Assembly: GCA_963747235.1 (NCBI GenBank)
Contig: CAVVEU010000040.1
Coordinates: 384,001-448,000, forward strand
Source: an uncultured Candidatus Rokubacteria bacterium
GTDB taxonomy: Bacteria; Methylomirabilota; Methylomirabilia; Rokubacteriales; CSP1-6
Reading direction: 5' to 3'
DNA: 64,000 bases
The notes under the pieces are model-generated. The model had not been told where the DNA came from. It saw nothing but the letters and a program-made list of their open reading frames with translations, and ran no database searches. Below are positions 30,472 through 42,941 of this stretch, one piece after another (within the stretch, counting starts at the first letter, position 1; every line of letters starts with the position of its first letter). Both the position numbers and the translations under genes were made by a program.

Positions 30472-31246
30472 CTAGAGCAGCGCCCAGTAGTACATGCGGA
30501 ACGCCCGGATCGGCCCCGGCTCGGTGTCGTGGAGCCGGCTCGCCTCGAAGCGGCGCTCGACCCGATCGAAGGTGACGCGCCCGGGCTCGGCGGGATCGTT
30601 CGGATCGTAGACCGAGAAGCGCACGTTGCCGGCCGCGTCGAGCGTGTACGCGTACGCGAGCACGGTGTGGTTGAGCTCCCACGTGGGGAAGTTCGTCACG
30701 AGAAACTGCACCGGCCGACCCTCGGCCAGCTCGGCGAGCGTCTCGCGCGCGACCCGCTCCTGCTGCCAGCGCGGCATCGGGAACACCACGCGCCAGTTGG
30801 TCCAGTGCACGAGGGTCCAGAATCGCCCGACCATCCCCTCCTTCACCGCCGCCTCCTGGGCGCGGGAGAACTCGTGCAGCGAGGCGTAGCCGGGGATCAC
30901 GATCCGCCGGTCGGCGGGCCACGGCTCGTCCCAGGGAGCGATGGCGACCACCTGCTTGACGCGCGCGACGTACTCCTCGGGCGTCGAGCCGGGGCGCGGC
31001 GGGCTCGAAGCGGGCGAAGCGCTGGAACTGCGTGACCGCCCGCACCATCACGAAGCAGTAGTTGGCGTAGAGGTCGGGCTTGCCGGGATTCTTGCTGCGG
31101 CTCTCGTTGGCGAACGCGAAGGTGTCCACCCCGAAGCGCAGCAGGTCGGGCGGGGCCGGGCGGCGCACCGCCGCGTCGATCGGGGCGACCGACGCGCAGC
31201 CGGACACCGCCAGAGCCACCAGGAAGAGTCGCGTCGACGCCCACAT
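30472..31246 (-). CDS. Hypothetical lipoprotein (frameshifted)
   Basis: Lipobox LAVSGC, then DTFAFANE, YANYCFVM, LNHTVLAY, VYDPNDP. The Cys/His/Asp arrangement is reminiscent of papain-like folds. Confidence 0.6.
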
Positions 31247-31271
31247 CACGCGTCGTGCAGTGTACCGCACT

Positions 31272-32036
31272 TCAGCCCTGGATCGAATAGCCTCCGTCCA
31301 CCGGAATCGCGGTTCCGGTGACGAAATCGGAGGCGGGCCCGCCGAGAAACACCGCGACGCCGGAGAGATCGTCGGGCACGCCCCAGCGCGCGGCGGGCGT
31401 GCGCGCGAGCACGCGGTCGTGGAGGCCCGCGACCTCGCGGCGCGCGTTGGTGGTGAGCTCGGTGTCGATCCAGCCGGGCAGCACCGCGTTGACCTGGATG
31501 TTGTCGCGGGCCCACGCGGACGCGGTCGCCTTGGTGAGCTGCACGATGCCGCCCTTGGAGGCGGCGTAGGCGGGCGCGAACGAGGTGCCGAAGATGGACA
31601 TCATCGAGCCGATGTTGATGATCTTCCCGCCCCCGTTCTTCTTCATGATCGGGTAGACCGCGCGGCTCGTGAGGAACGCGCTCGTGAGGTTGGTGTCGAG
31701 CACCTGGCGCCACTCCGCGAGGGTCAGCTCGTGCACCGGCTTGCGGATGTTCATGCCCGCGTTGTTGACGAGGATGTCGAGGCGGCCGAAGCGATCCACG
31801 GTGGCGCGCACCAGCGCGTTCACCGCCGCCTCGTCGGCCACGTCGGCCTCGATCGCCACCGCGGCGGCCCCGAGCTTGACGAGCTCGGCGACCGCGCCCC
31901 GGCTCTTCTCCGCGTTGCGGCCCGACACCACGACCGCCGCGCCGGCGCCGGCGAGCCCGCGCGCCATCCCGAGGCCGATCCCGCCGTTGCCGCCCGTCAC
32001 CACCGCCACCCGCCCCTTGAGCGCTCCGTCCGCCAC
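31272..32036 (-). CDS. Short-chain dehydrogenase/reductase (KduD/glucose dehydrogenase-like)
   Basis: TGGNGGIG, NNAG, YAASKGG, VNAVLPG, VDGG. Confidence 0.92.
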   Translation of the reverse strand: MADGALKGRVAVVTGGNGGIGLGMARGLAGAGAAVVVSGRNAEKSRGAVAELVKLGAAAVAIEADVADEAAVNALVRATVDRFGRLDILVNNAGMNIRKPVHELTLAEWRQVLDTNLTSAFLTSRAVYPIMKKNGGGKIINIGSMMSIFGTSFAPAYAASKGGIVQLTKATASAWARDNIQVNAVLPGWIDTELTTNARREVAGLHDRVLARTPAARWGVPDDLSGVAVFLGGPASDFVTGTAIPVDGGYSIQG

Positions 32037-32084
32037 GATGCCCGCCTCCTCGCCAGTGTGGTGTGCCGCGCGTGGCAGTCTACA

Positions 32085-32170
32085 GGGGTCAGGTCTTGAA
32101 TTCCGACATTTTCGCCTGGCGCGACATCAGCCCTCGCGTTCCAAAATGTCGGAATTCAAGACCTGACCCC
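32085..32170. repeat. Palindromic REP/MITE-like element, copy 2
   Basis: GGGGTCAGGTCTTGAATTCCGACATTTT...AAAATGTCGGAATTCAAGACCTGACCCC, a perfect 28 bp inverted repeat. Confidence 0.8.
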
Positions 32171-32184
32171 AGATCACTACCAGA

Positions 32185-33141
32185 TCAGCGGCGGGCGTGG
32201 ATGAACTCGTGCCAGGTGACCCGGTGGCCGCGGAGGAAGTAGCCCATCATCACGAGCACGGCCAGGAGATTGCCCGCCAGGATGGTCCACCAGGGAACCG
32301 CCTCCAGCAGCCACTCGGCGAGGATCGCCACCATCGCGGCGAAGAAGACCTCGAAGCAGCAGAGCAGCATGACGAAGGCGAAGAGCAGGCGCGGCTCGCG
32401 GTCGGCGAGCGCCAGCATGCCCGCCGCGGCCAGGCCGAAGAGCACGAAGGCGGCGCCGTGGATCACGGTGTACTGCAGCACGAGGGGCATCGTGATCACC
32501 AGCGCCCCCGGCTCGCGCAGGCCGTGGAAGAGCGCGGCGCCCAGCAGGGCCGGGGTGCGCAGGGGCACCCCCGCGGCCGCGTCGTAGGCGAGGAACCAGA
32601 GCGCGACCGCGACGGCGCCCAGGAGCCCGGCCACGAGACCCTCGCGCACCACGCGCGTCCAGAGCGGCCCCAGCAGGGCGCGCCCGAGCGCGCGGTGGCC
32701 GACGAAGAAGTAGATGAGCATGCCGCCGGCGGCGAGCGCGTTGGCGACGAGGATCGCCCACCAGGCGAGCTCGCCGAGCACCGGATGCGCGAGCCACGTC
32801 AGCACCGCCAGGAAGAACACCTCGAAGCACATCAGCGCGATGAACAGGATCAGCACGCGGCTCGGCTCGCGCTGGGCCGAGGCGATCAGGTAGGCGATGA
32901 GCACGCCGATCAGAGCGAAGACCACCCCGTGCAGCACCGTGTACTGCACCACCAGGCTGGTCGCGGTGGGCACCGCGGCCGGATCCTTCACGCCCTGGAA
33001 CGTGGCGGCGCCGAGCAACGCGGGCGTGCGGAACGGCTGCCCCATCGCCGCGTCGTAGATGAGGAACCAGACCGCCACGAGCGCGGCCCCGATCAGGCCG
33101 GCGATGATCCCTTCGCGAAGGTAGCGGGAATCGGAGGCCAT
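32185..33141 (-). CDS. Hypothetical membrane protein with internal tandem duplication
   Basis: Two ~155 aa repeats, each REG..AGL.GA..VA.WFL.YDAA.G.P.RTPALLGAA.F.G...QYTV.HG...CFEVFF...WW.IL..N.LA. Confidence 0.8.
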   Translation of the reverse strand: MASDSRYLREGIIAGLIGAALVAVWFLIYDAAMGQPFRTPALLGAATFQGVKDPAAVPTATSLVVQYTVLHGVVFALIGVLIAYLIASAQREPSRVLILFIALMCFEVFFLAVLTWLAHPVLGELAWWAILVANALAAGGMLIYFFVGHRALGRALLGPLWTRVVREGLVAGLLGAVAVALWFLAYDAAAGVPLRTPALLGAALFHGLREPGALVITMPLVLQYTVIHGAAFVLFGLAAAGMLALADREPRLLFAFVMLLCCFEVFFAAMVAILAEWLLEAVPWWTILAGNLLAVLVMMGYFLRGHRVTWHEFIHARR

Positions 33142-33252
33142 GGGGACCCTCCCTTCCGATCTGGATCTGCTGATGCGAGCGCGACCGATCCAGACCTGAC
33201 CTCAGCGGTACCACCAACCGGTACCGAGAGCAAGCCGGCCCCGCCGGGAGCG

Positions 33253-34389
33253 TCAGGCGATCGCGAGCGCCTTCAGCAGATCCGCGCCGAAGAGGCCCAC
33301 GCGCCAGTCGCGCACGCCCTCGACCTGTCGCAGCGCGGCAAGATCGGCGGGCGGGGCCGCGGCGAGCCGGTCGATGAGGCGCTGGGGAAAGAGCACGCCC
33401 GGATCGAGGCCGATCTCCTTCGAGGCCTTGGTGCGCCACTCGCGCAGCGCCTCCCCGCGCCTCCGCTGGGCCGCGGGCACGTGGGGCCGCGGGGTCGGGC
33501 GGTAGGCGGGCAGCTCCGCGTCGGGCAGCGCGAGCGCGCGCGTGATCGCCTCGAGGATGGCGGGCCCGGCGCGCCGTACCACCGGCGGCGTGCAGCCCGG
33601 CACCGCCAGGATGCCCTCCGCGTCCAGGGGCCGGCGGGCCGCGAGCACGACGAGGCTCTCGTTGCCCACGATCATGAACGGCGGGCGATCGAGCCGCAGC
33701 GCCAGCGTCTCGCGCGCGGCGTACAGCTCGCGCAGCACCGCGAGCCCGCGCGCGTCCAGCTCGCGCGCGCCCTTGATCTTCATGTACGCGTCGGGGTCCA
33801 CCGGCTTCTCGGGCACCACCAGCGCGGCGAGCCCGGCGCATTCCTCCTCCACCCACTGCGCGCGCCCGATCGCGTCGAGGGCTTCCAGCAGGCGCTCGCG
33901 CAGCGGGATGAGATGGAGCACGTCGTCGAGGGCGTAGGCCTCCTGGTCCGCGGTGAGCGGCCGCCGGGACCAGTCGTCCTTCTGGCGCGACTTCACCGCG
34001 GTGACGCCGAGGTACTGGGTGAGCAGCCCCTCGAGCCCGAGCGCGGGCGCGCCGAGGAAGCGGGCCGCGACCGCGGTGTCGAAGAGCGAGGCCACCGACA
34101 CTCCGTACAGGCGCTTGAGGTAGGCCAGATCGTTGTCGGCAGCGTGCAGCACCTTGAGCGTGCCCGGATCGGCCAGCGCCGGCCCCAGCGGCGAGAGATC
34201 GCGCAGCGCGAGTGGATCCACGAGGTGCCCGCGTCCGCGCTCGTCGGCGATCTGCACCAGGCAGAGCTTGCCCGGGTAGTGATGCAGGCTGTCGGCCTCG
34301 GTGTCGATGGCCAGGGCCCCCGCGCCTTCGAGCTGGCGGGCCAGGGCCTGCAGGTCGTCAGGGGTCCGGATCCAGAGGGGAAGCGGCAT
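33253..34389 (-). CDS. rnd: Ribonuclease D (3'-5' exonuclease + HRDC)
   Basis: AIDTEAD, LHAADND, FDT..AA, DWSRRPL..Q..YA.DD, C-terminal HRDC. Confidence 0.9.
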   Translation of the reverse strand: MPLPLWIRTPDDLQALARQLEGAGALAIDTEADSLHHYPGKLCLVQIADERGRGHLVDPLALRDLSPLGPALADPGTLKVLHAADNDLAYLKRLYGVSVASLFDTAVAARFLGAPALGLEGLLTQYLGVTAVKSRQKDDWSRRPLTADQEAYALDDVLHLIPLRERLLEALDAIGRAQWVEEECAGLAALVVPEKPVDPDAYMKIKGARELDARGLAVLRELYAARETLALRLDRPPFMIVGNESLVVLAARRPLDAEGILAVPGCTPPVVRRAGPAILEAITRALALPDAELPAYRPTPRPHVPAAQRRRGEALREWRTKASKEIGLDPGVLFPQRLIDRLAAAPPADLAALRQVEGVRDWRVGLFGADLLKALAIA

Positions 34390-34460
34390 GGTCGGCTCGG
34401 TTATACTACACCGTCGGCGACGGTACCCTGCCCGACGGCACTCTGGAGGAGGAGGACGGC

Positions 34461-35228
<768 letters not shown>

Positions 35229-35242
35229 CCAGAGGAGCGACC

Positions 35243-35494
35243 ATGTACCATCCCCCGATCTTCTTCGATCCGCAGTTCACGATGGGCGTGATGGCGGGCT
35301 GGCTGCTCCAGGCCGCGGGCGTCGGCGCGCTGCTGCTGGCCGGCCTCTGGTTCTCGATCGCGGGCGAGTGGCGCCGCGGGACCCCGGCGCCCACCGCGTT
35401 CCGGGCACTCACCGGCCTCGGGCTCGTGATGTTCCTGGGCGGGATCGTCTGGCAGTTCGTCGGCTACTTCCGGACCGGCACGCTCAGCTGGTAA
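35243..35494 (+). CDS. Small hypothetical membrane protein (2 TM)
   Basis: GAGGAG RBS then ATG; MYHPPIFFDPQF..., two hydrophobic helices, 83 aa. Confidence 0.65.
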   Translation: MYHPPIFFDPQFTMGVMAGWLLQAAGVGALLLAGLWFSIAGEWRRGTPAPTAFRALTGLGLVMFLGGIVWQFVGYFRTGTLSW

Positions 35495-35871
35495 GGCAGT
35501 CGCGCACCTTCCGCATCAGCACGTCGGGCGTGAAGGGTTTCTGCAGCCAGGCGTCCCACCCGGCCGCGCCGTCGATCGCGCCCGTCCATGTTCTCCGGAT
35601 AGCCCGACATGCAGAGCACGCGCAGGCCCGGCCGGTGCGCGCGCAGCCGCCGCGCCAGCTCCGGGCCGCTGGTGCCCGGCATCACCACGTCGGTGATCAG
35701 CAGGTCGATCGTCCCGGGATGCGTCTGCGCGAGGCGGGTGGCGTCGGCCACGTCGAGGGCCTCCAGCACCTGGAAGCCGTTCATCTCGAGAACGTCGCGC
35801 GCGAGCGCGCGCACTTCTTCCTCGTCTTCGACGACCAGGATCGTGGCCGGAGGAGTCTCCGGATCAGGCAT
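35484..35871 (-). CDS. Single-domain response regulator receiver (3' frameshift)
   Basis: ILVVEDE, LLITDVVMPG.SG, MSGY; QKPF in the shifted frame. Confidence 0.85.
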
Positions 35872-35977
35872 CGGGGAGCCGGCGCGTAGCCGAGGCTCGG
35901 ATTAGCACTATCGCGACGATGCGCGTCCGACGGTACTTTCGTCTATTCGTACAGGTACGTAATTTCCGGCGCGCGGC

Positions 35978-36634
35978 TCAACCGTCGACCGTGAGGATGC
36001 CCCGCCCCACCGCGTAGCGGACCAGATCGCTCTGGCCCCGCAGCCGCAGCTTGCGTAGCAGGTTGGCCCGGTGGACCTCGACCGTGCGCGGGCTGATGTT
36101 CAGCCGCGCCCCGATCTGGCCGCTGGTCTGCCCCTCCGCGGCCAGGTGCAGGACCTCGCGCTCCCGCTGGGTGAGCGTGCGGTAGAGATCGAGACCGGTG
36201 GGCACCGCGCGCTGCGCGTAGGCCTCCACCATCTCTTCCGAGAGCGGCGGGCTCAGGTGCCGGAAGCCGTCCGCCACCGCCCGGATCGCCCGCACCAGCT
36301 CCGCCGCGCTCGAGCCCTTGAGCACGTACCCGGCGGCCCCGCTCTGCATGGCCTCGACGACGTAGGCCGGGTTCGCGTGCATGGACAGCACGAGCGCGCG
36401 CGTGCGCGGGGAGACCCGGGCCACCCGCCGGATGATGTCGGGCGCGTTCAGCCCGGGCATCACGAAGTCCACCACCAGCACGTCCGGCTTCACGCGCTCG
36501 ACGAGATCGCCCACGTCGAGGCCGCTCGCCGCCTCGCCCACCACCTCGAGGTCGGGCTCGGCCGCGAGCAGGGCGCGCAGGCCCTGCCGGACGACATGGT
36601 GATCCTCGGCCAGCACCACGCTGATCGTCTTCAT
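35978..36634 (-). CDS. NarL/LuxR-family response regulator
   Basis: AEDH, VVDFVMPG, LSMH, GYVLK, LTQREREVL...ISPRTVEVHRAN HTH. Confidence 0.95.
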   Translation of the reverse strand: MKTISVVLAEDHHVVRQGLRALLAAEPDLEVVGEAASGLDVGDLVERVKPDVLVVDFVMPGLNAPDIIRRVARVSPRTRALVLSMHANPAYVVEAMQSGAAGYVLKGSSAAELVRAIRAVADGFRHLSPPLSEEMVEAYAQRAVPTGLDLYRTLTQREREVLHLAAEGQTSGQIGARLNISPRTVEVHRANLLRKLRLRGQSDLVRYAVGRGILTVDG

Positions 36635-39353
36635 CAGTCACCGGCCCTTCGCAAGGACCCGTTGAGCGGGACCTCGGCGGTCAGTCGCACGCCGCGGCCC
36701 GGATGCGTCTCCACCGTGAGGTGCCCGTTGAGCAGGGCGGCCCGCTCGCGCAGACCCGCGAGCCCGCCGCCCCGGCCCGCGCCGAGCACCGCGTCCGGGT
36801 CGAAGCCGGCGCCGTGGTCCTCGACCTGGACGCCCAGCACGTCGTCGGTGGCCCAGAGGCGCACCGTCACCTCGTCCACGTGGCCGTGCCGCGCCACGTT
36901 GGTCAGCGCCTCCTGGACGATGCGGTAGACGCCGGTCTCGGTCTCCGGGGCGAAGCGCCGGTCGAGCCCGCTGTGCTCCAGGTGGACGCGGATCTTGGTC
37001 TGGCTCATGTAGCGCTCGATGTTGTCGAGCAGCGCGGGCAGCACCCCCAGATCGTCCAGGATGCTCGGGCGCAGGTCGAGCGAGAGCGCGCGGATGCGCT
37101 CGAGCAGCTCCTGCACGAGGGCCTGGGCCTGCCCGAGCCGCTCGGCCAGCGCGGGCGACGGCGGCTCGGGCACGTCGAGGGTGAGGCGCAGCCCGGTGAG
37201 GAGCTGGCCGATCTCGTCGTGGAGCTCGCGGGCCAGGTGGCGCCGCTCCGCCTCCTGCACCTCCATCAGGCGCCCGGAGAGCCCCTGCAGGCGGCTGTAG
37301 AGGGTGGCGTTCTGGATCGCGATGGCCGCGTGGTCGGCCAGGCGGATCAGGATCGCCTCGTCGCGGTCGGTGAAGGGGCGATCGGCGCGGTTGGAGACGT
37401 AGAGGAGGCCCTCGACCTGCCCGCTGATCCAGATCGGGACCACGAGGGTGGCGATGACGCCTTCCCGCCTGGCCGCCTCGGGGTAGTCGTCGCGCACCCG
37501 CGGGTCGTCGGGCCGGTTCGCGGTGCGGAAGGGCCGGCCCGTGCTCCACGCCTGGCCCCCCGCACCCCGGCCGCGCACGATGCGCGGCGCGTCCGCCTCG
37601 CCCACCGCGTGGCCCACCCCGTAGCGGGCGAACATCGTGTCGGACTCGACATCCCGGAGCAGGATGTGGGCGATATCGCTCCCGCACAGCTCCCGGGCGG
37701 CGACCGCCACCCGGCGCAGCACCGAGGTGGGATCGAGCGTGGCGGTGATGGTGCGCACCAGCCCGGACAGCGTCTCGGCCTCGACCCGGCGCCGCTCGGC
37801 GTCCGCGTAGAGCCTCGCGTTCTCCAGCGCCACCGCCGCCTGGTCCGCGAAGGCCTGGACGAGGCGCACGTCGTCCTCGGTGAAGACCCGGCCGCTCACG
37901 TCCACCAGGCCGAGCGCGCCGATCACCTGCTCCTTCACGATGAGCGGGACCGCGAGGATGGCCCGGATCGGCGAGGCCTCGAGGAACGCGCGCACGTCCG
38001 GGGAGAACTGCAGGCGCGGGTCGGCCAGGACATTGTTCGAGACCACCGCCCGTCGCTCCGTCACCGCCAGCCCCACCGCCCCGGTGCCGCGCGGAAACCG
38101 CGGCCGCCGGTCGCGAAACGGGCGACAGCCCCGAGAACGCCGTCTGCTCCAGCACGCCCGACTCGGCATCGAGGCGGAACACGGAGGCCGCGAGCCCGCC
38201 GACCAGCTCCCGCACGCAGTCCACCACCCGCTGGGCGACCCCGCCGGGATGGAGGGACTGGGCGAGGGTCTGGCTCACGTTGCCGAGCGCCAGGCTCTCG
38301 CGACGCCGCCGCTCGGTCTCCGCGAAGAGCCGCGCGTTCTCGAGCGCCACCGCGGCCTGGTCCGCGAAGGTCTGGGCCAGCAGAAGATCGTCGTCGGTGT
38401 AGACGCGGCCGAGAGAATCGCCCACCGTGAAGCCGCCCACCACCTGCCCCTTCACCACCAGCGGCAGCGAGAGCACCGACGGGCACAGGGTCTGCCCCGG
38501 GCGCATGCTCGCGGTGGACGCGATCCGGGTATCCACCCGCACGTCGGGCGTGACCACCGGCTGCCGGCGGTTCACGGCCAGGCCGACCACGCCGTGGCCC
38601 GCGGGAATCACGACGCCCGGGTCCCAGAAGCGCTCCGCCTCCCCTGCGCGGCCGATCACCTCGAGATCGCCCGAGCCCGGGCTGGAGGCGGTAGAGCACG
38701 GCGGCGCGCACGCGCAGGGCGCGCAGCACCACGTCGGCGATGCGCTGGCCGAGCGCGACCACGTCGAAGGTCTCGGAGAGGAACCGCCACACCTCCGCGA
38801 GGGCCTCCGCGGTCCGGCGCCGGGTCTCGCTCTCCGCGAAGAGCCGCGCGTTGCCGATCGCCACCGCGGCGTGGCTCGCGAGCAGGTCCACGATCTCGCG
38901 CTCCTCCGCGGTGGGCGGCGCGGTCTCGGAGAGGGCCACGCTGAGCACGCCCATCAGCTCCCCGCCCGCGCTGATCGGCACCCCGTAGTAGACCTTGAGG
39001 CCTCGCTCCTCCCGCCACATCGCGGACACCAGCCGCGGATCGCCGAGCGCGTCGGGCAGCAGCACCGGCTGCCCGCTCTGCGCGACCGCGTGGGTGATCC
39101 CGCTCCCGAAGGGGATGACCTCGGCCACGGTCTCGACGTCAGCGTCGTCGTCGTGCACGCCGCCCTTGGCCGCGAGCCGGTACCCGCCCCGCTCGATGTC
39201 CACCAGGCGCACCACGCAGAAGGCGCGCGGCCGCAGCGAGAGCACCGCCTCCACGACCTGCCGGAGGACGGTGTCCACGTCGAGCGCGCTGGCCACCGAA
39301 CGGGCCAGGTTCGCCACCTGCCGGAGTCGATCGAGGGAAACGTTCTGCATCAC
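36634..39353 (-). CDS. Cytoplasmic sensor histidine kinase with four GAF domains (HisKA_3; frameshifted)
   Basis: Four repeats ending A..AA(V/I)A(I/L).NA.L; ERRHLARELHDEIGQ, QEALTNVARH, DHGAGF, GL.GLRER. Confidence 0.85.
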
Positions 39354-39389
39354 TGCGGATTTGGACGTTAGCGGCCCGCTGCCGCCGTG

Positions 39390-40521
39390 TCAAGCCGTAG
39401 GAAACCGGCCGAGACGCAGGTCCTGGATGTCGAGCGTCGAGCGGCCGTCGAGCAGCACCTCGGCCACCGTCTCGCCCACCCCGGGGGAATGCTGAAACCC
39501 GTGGCCGCAGAAACCGACCGCGAGGTACAGGCCCTCCACGCCCGGGGCCCAGTCGAGGATGGCGCGGCCGTCCGGCGTGAGCGGCCGCAGCCCGGCCCAC
39601 GCGTGGCGCACCTGGGCGCCCTCGAGCGCGGGGATGCGCCGCATCGCCTTCTCGACCGCCACCTCCAGCATGGCCCAGTCCACCTGCGCCTCGTACTCGG
39701 TGGTGGCCCCGATGTCGCCCGGGCTCATCAGGATGGCCCCCTGCTCGCTCCGGCAGTAGAACCCGCTGCCGGTGTCGGTGACGAGCGGCATCGGATGGCG
39801 GATCCCGTCGAAGGCGTCGGTCACGAAGATGTGGCGCCGCCGCGGATCCACCGGCAGCGTCGAGGCCGGCCATCCGGCCGACCAGCGGCGCCCAGGGTCC
39901 GGCCGCGTTGACCACGAGCCGCGTCGCGATGGTGCCCGCCGGGGTGACGACACCCGTCACCCGGCCGTGCTCCAGCGTGATCCCGGTCACCGGCGTGTCC
40001 TCCACGATGCGCACGCCGCGGGCCCGCGCCTGGGCCGCGTAGGCCTGCACCACGTCGTTGGGCGAGGCGTGGCCGTCCATGGGCCCCCACACCGCGGCGA
40101 TGGCGTCGTCCACGTTGAGCGACGGCACCAGGGCGCGCGCGTCGTCCGGCGCGATCACCCGCACGTCTCCGCCCATGCTCCGCTGGAGGGCGACGTTGTC
40201 GCGAAAGCGGGCCAGGGTCGGCTCGTCGGTGATCACGAAGAGGTAGCCCTCCTGGTGGAAATCGCAGGGCACCCCCATCTCGTCCTCGAAGCGCTTGAAG
40301 AAGGCGATGCCGCGGAGGGAGAGCTCGATCTCCACGCGCGTCGCGAACTGCACGCGGATGCCGCCCGCCGCCTTGCTGGTCGAGCCGGCGCCAATAGTGT
40401 CGCGCTCGAGCACCACCACGTCGCGCGCTCCGCGCCGGCCGAGCTGGTAGGCGATGCTGGCGCCGATGGCGCCGGCCCCGATGATCACGATGTCGGCGCT
40501 GCGCGGGAGCGCGGGGCTCAT
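39390..40521 (-). CDS. FAD-dependent oxidoreductase (DAO/sarcosine oxidase beta family; frameshifted)
   Basis: IIGAGAIG, GSTSKAAGG, VNAAGPW, WAGLRPLTPDG, GHGFQHSP. Confidence 0.88.
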
Positions 40522-40533
40522 CGAGCGGTCAGA

Positions 40534-41166
40534 TCAGTACAGCGTCTTCCGCAGGCGCTCCTGCTGGTCGCGCTCGTAGTCCTCGACGCAGGCGTGCCCG
40601 GTCGGCTTGGCCTCGATCTGGTCCCACAGCATGCGGGCCATCGACGGCAGCCCGGCCACGTCGGGCCAGCGCTCCCGCTCCCAGAGGCCGGAGCGCTTGA
40701 AGGCCTTCGCGCAGTGGAGAAAACACTCCTCCACCTCGACCCCGATCGCGACCTTGGGCCGCTTGCCCTGGACCTCGAGGCGGTCGAGGATCTCCGCGTC
40801 GCGCACGATGGAAGCGCGTCCGTTGACGCGCAACGTATCCTCGCGGCCGGGGATCAGGAAGATCATCCCCACGTGCGGGTTCTCCACGATATTGGTGAAC
40901 CCGTCGATGCGGTTGTTGCCGGGCCGGTCGGGCACCACCAGGTGGTGGTCGTCCAGCACCAGCACGAAGCCGGGCGCGTCGCCCTTGGGCGAGACGTCGC
41001 AGCGTCCGGCCGCGCCCGCGGTGGCGATCAGCACGAACGGCGCGCTCGCGATGAAGGCGCGGGAGTGGACGTCGAGGCTCGCCCGCTCCTTGAGCACCGC
41101 GCGCTCCATGGGCGCGCCGAAGATGGCCCGCAGCTCCTCCCGGGACGTCACGGTGTCCTTGAACAA
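40534..41166 (-). CDS. Pyridoxamine 5'-phosphate oxidase-family FMN-binding protein
   Basis: CDVSPKGD.PGFV, PDRPGNNRID, LRVNGRA, FLHCAKAF.RS.LW. TTG start after GAGGAGG. Confidence 0.85.
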   Translation of the reverse strand: MFKDTVTSREELRAIFGAPMERAVLKERASLDVHSRAFIASAPFVLIATAGAAGRCDVSPKGDAPGFVLVLDDHHLVVPDRPGNNRIDGFTNIVENPHVGMIFLIPGREDTLRVNGRASIVRDAEILDRLEVQGKRPKVAIGVEVEECFLHCAKAFKRSGLWERERWPDVAGLPSMARMLWDQIEAKPTGHACVEDYERDQQERLRKTLY

Positions 41167-41186
41167 GGCGCGGTCCTCCTCGCGGG

Positions 41187-42866
<1,680 letters not shown>

Positions 42867-42902
42867 AGACCCCGGATGATACCAGCGAAGTGGCGTTTAG
42901 GA

Positions 42903-42934
42903 TTGACAAAAGCGCCGCCCACCACCTATAAGAT
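42903..42934 (+). promoter_or_regulatory. Putative sigma70 promoter of the liv operon
   Basis: TTGACA (42903-8), 18 nt spacer, TATAAG/TAAGAT just upstream of GTG 42942. Confidence 0.5.
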
Positions 42935-42941
42935 ACGAACC

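Noticed and set aside
33190-33203. CAGACCTGACC, a partial match to the palindromic element arm
   Set aside because: Only ~10 nt match with no partner arm; may be chance.
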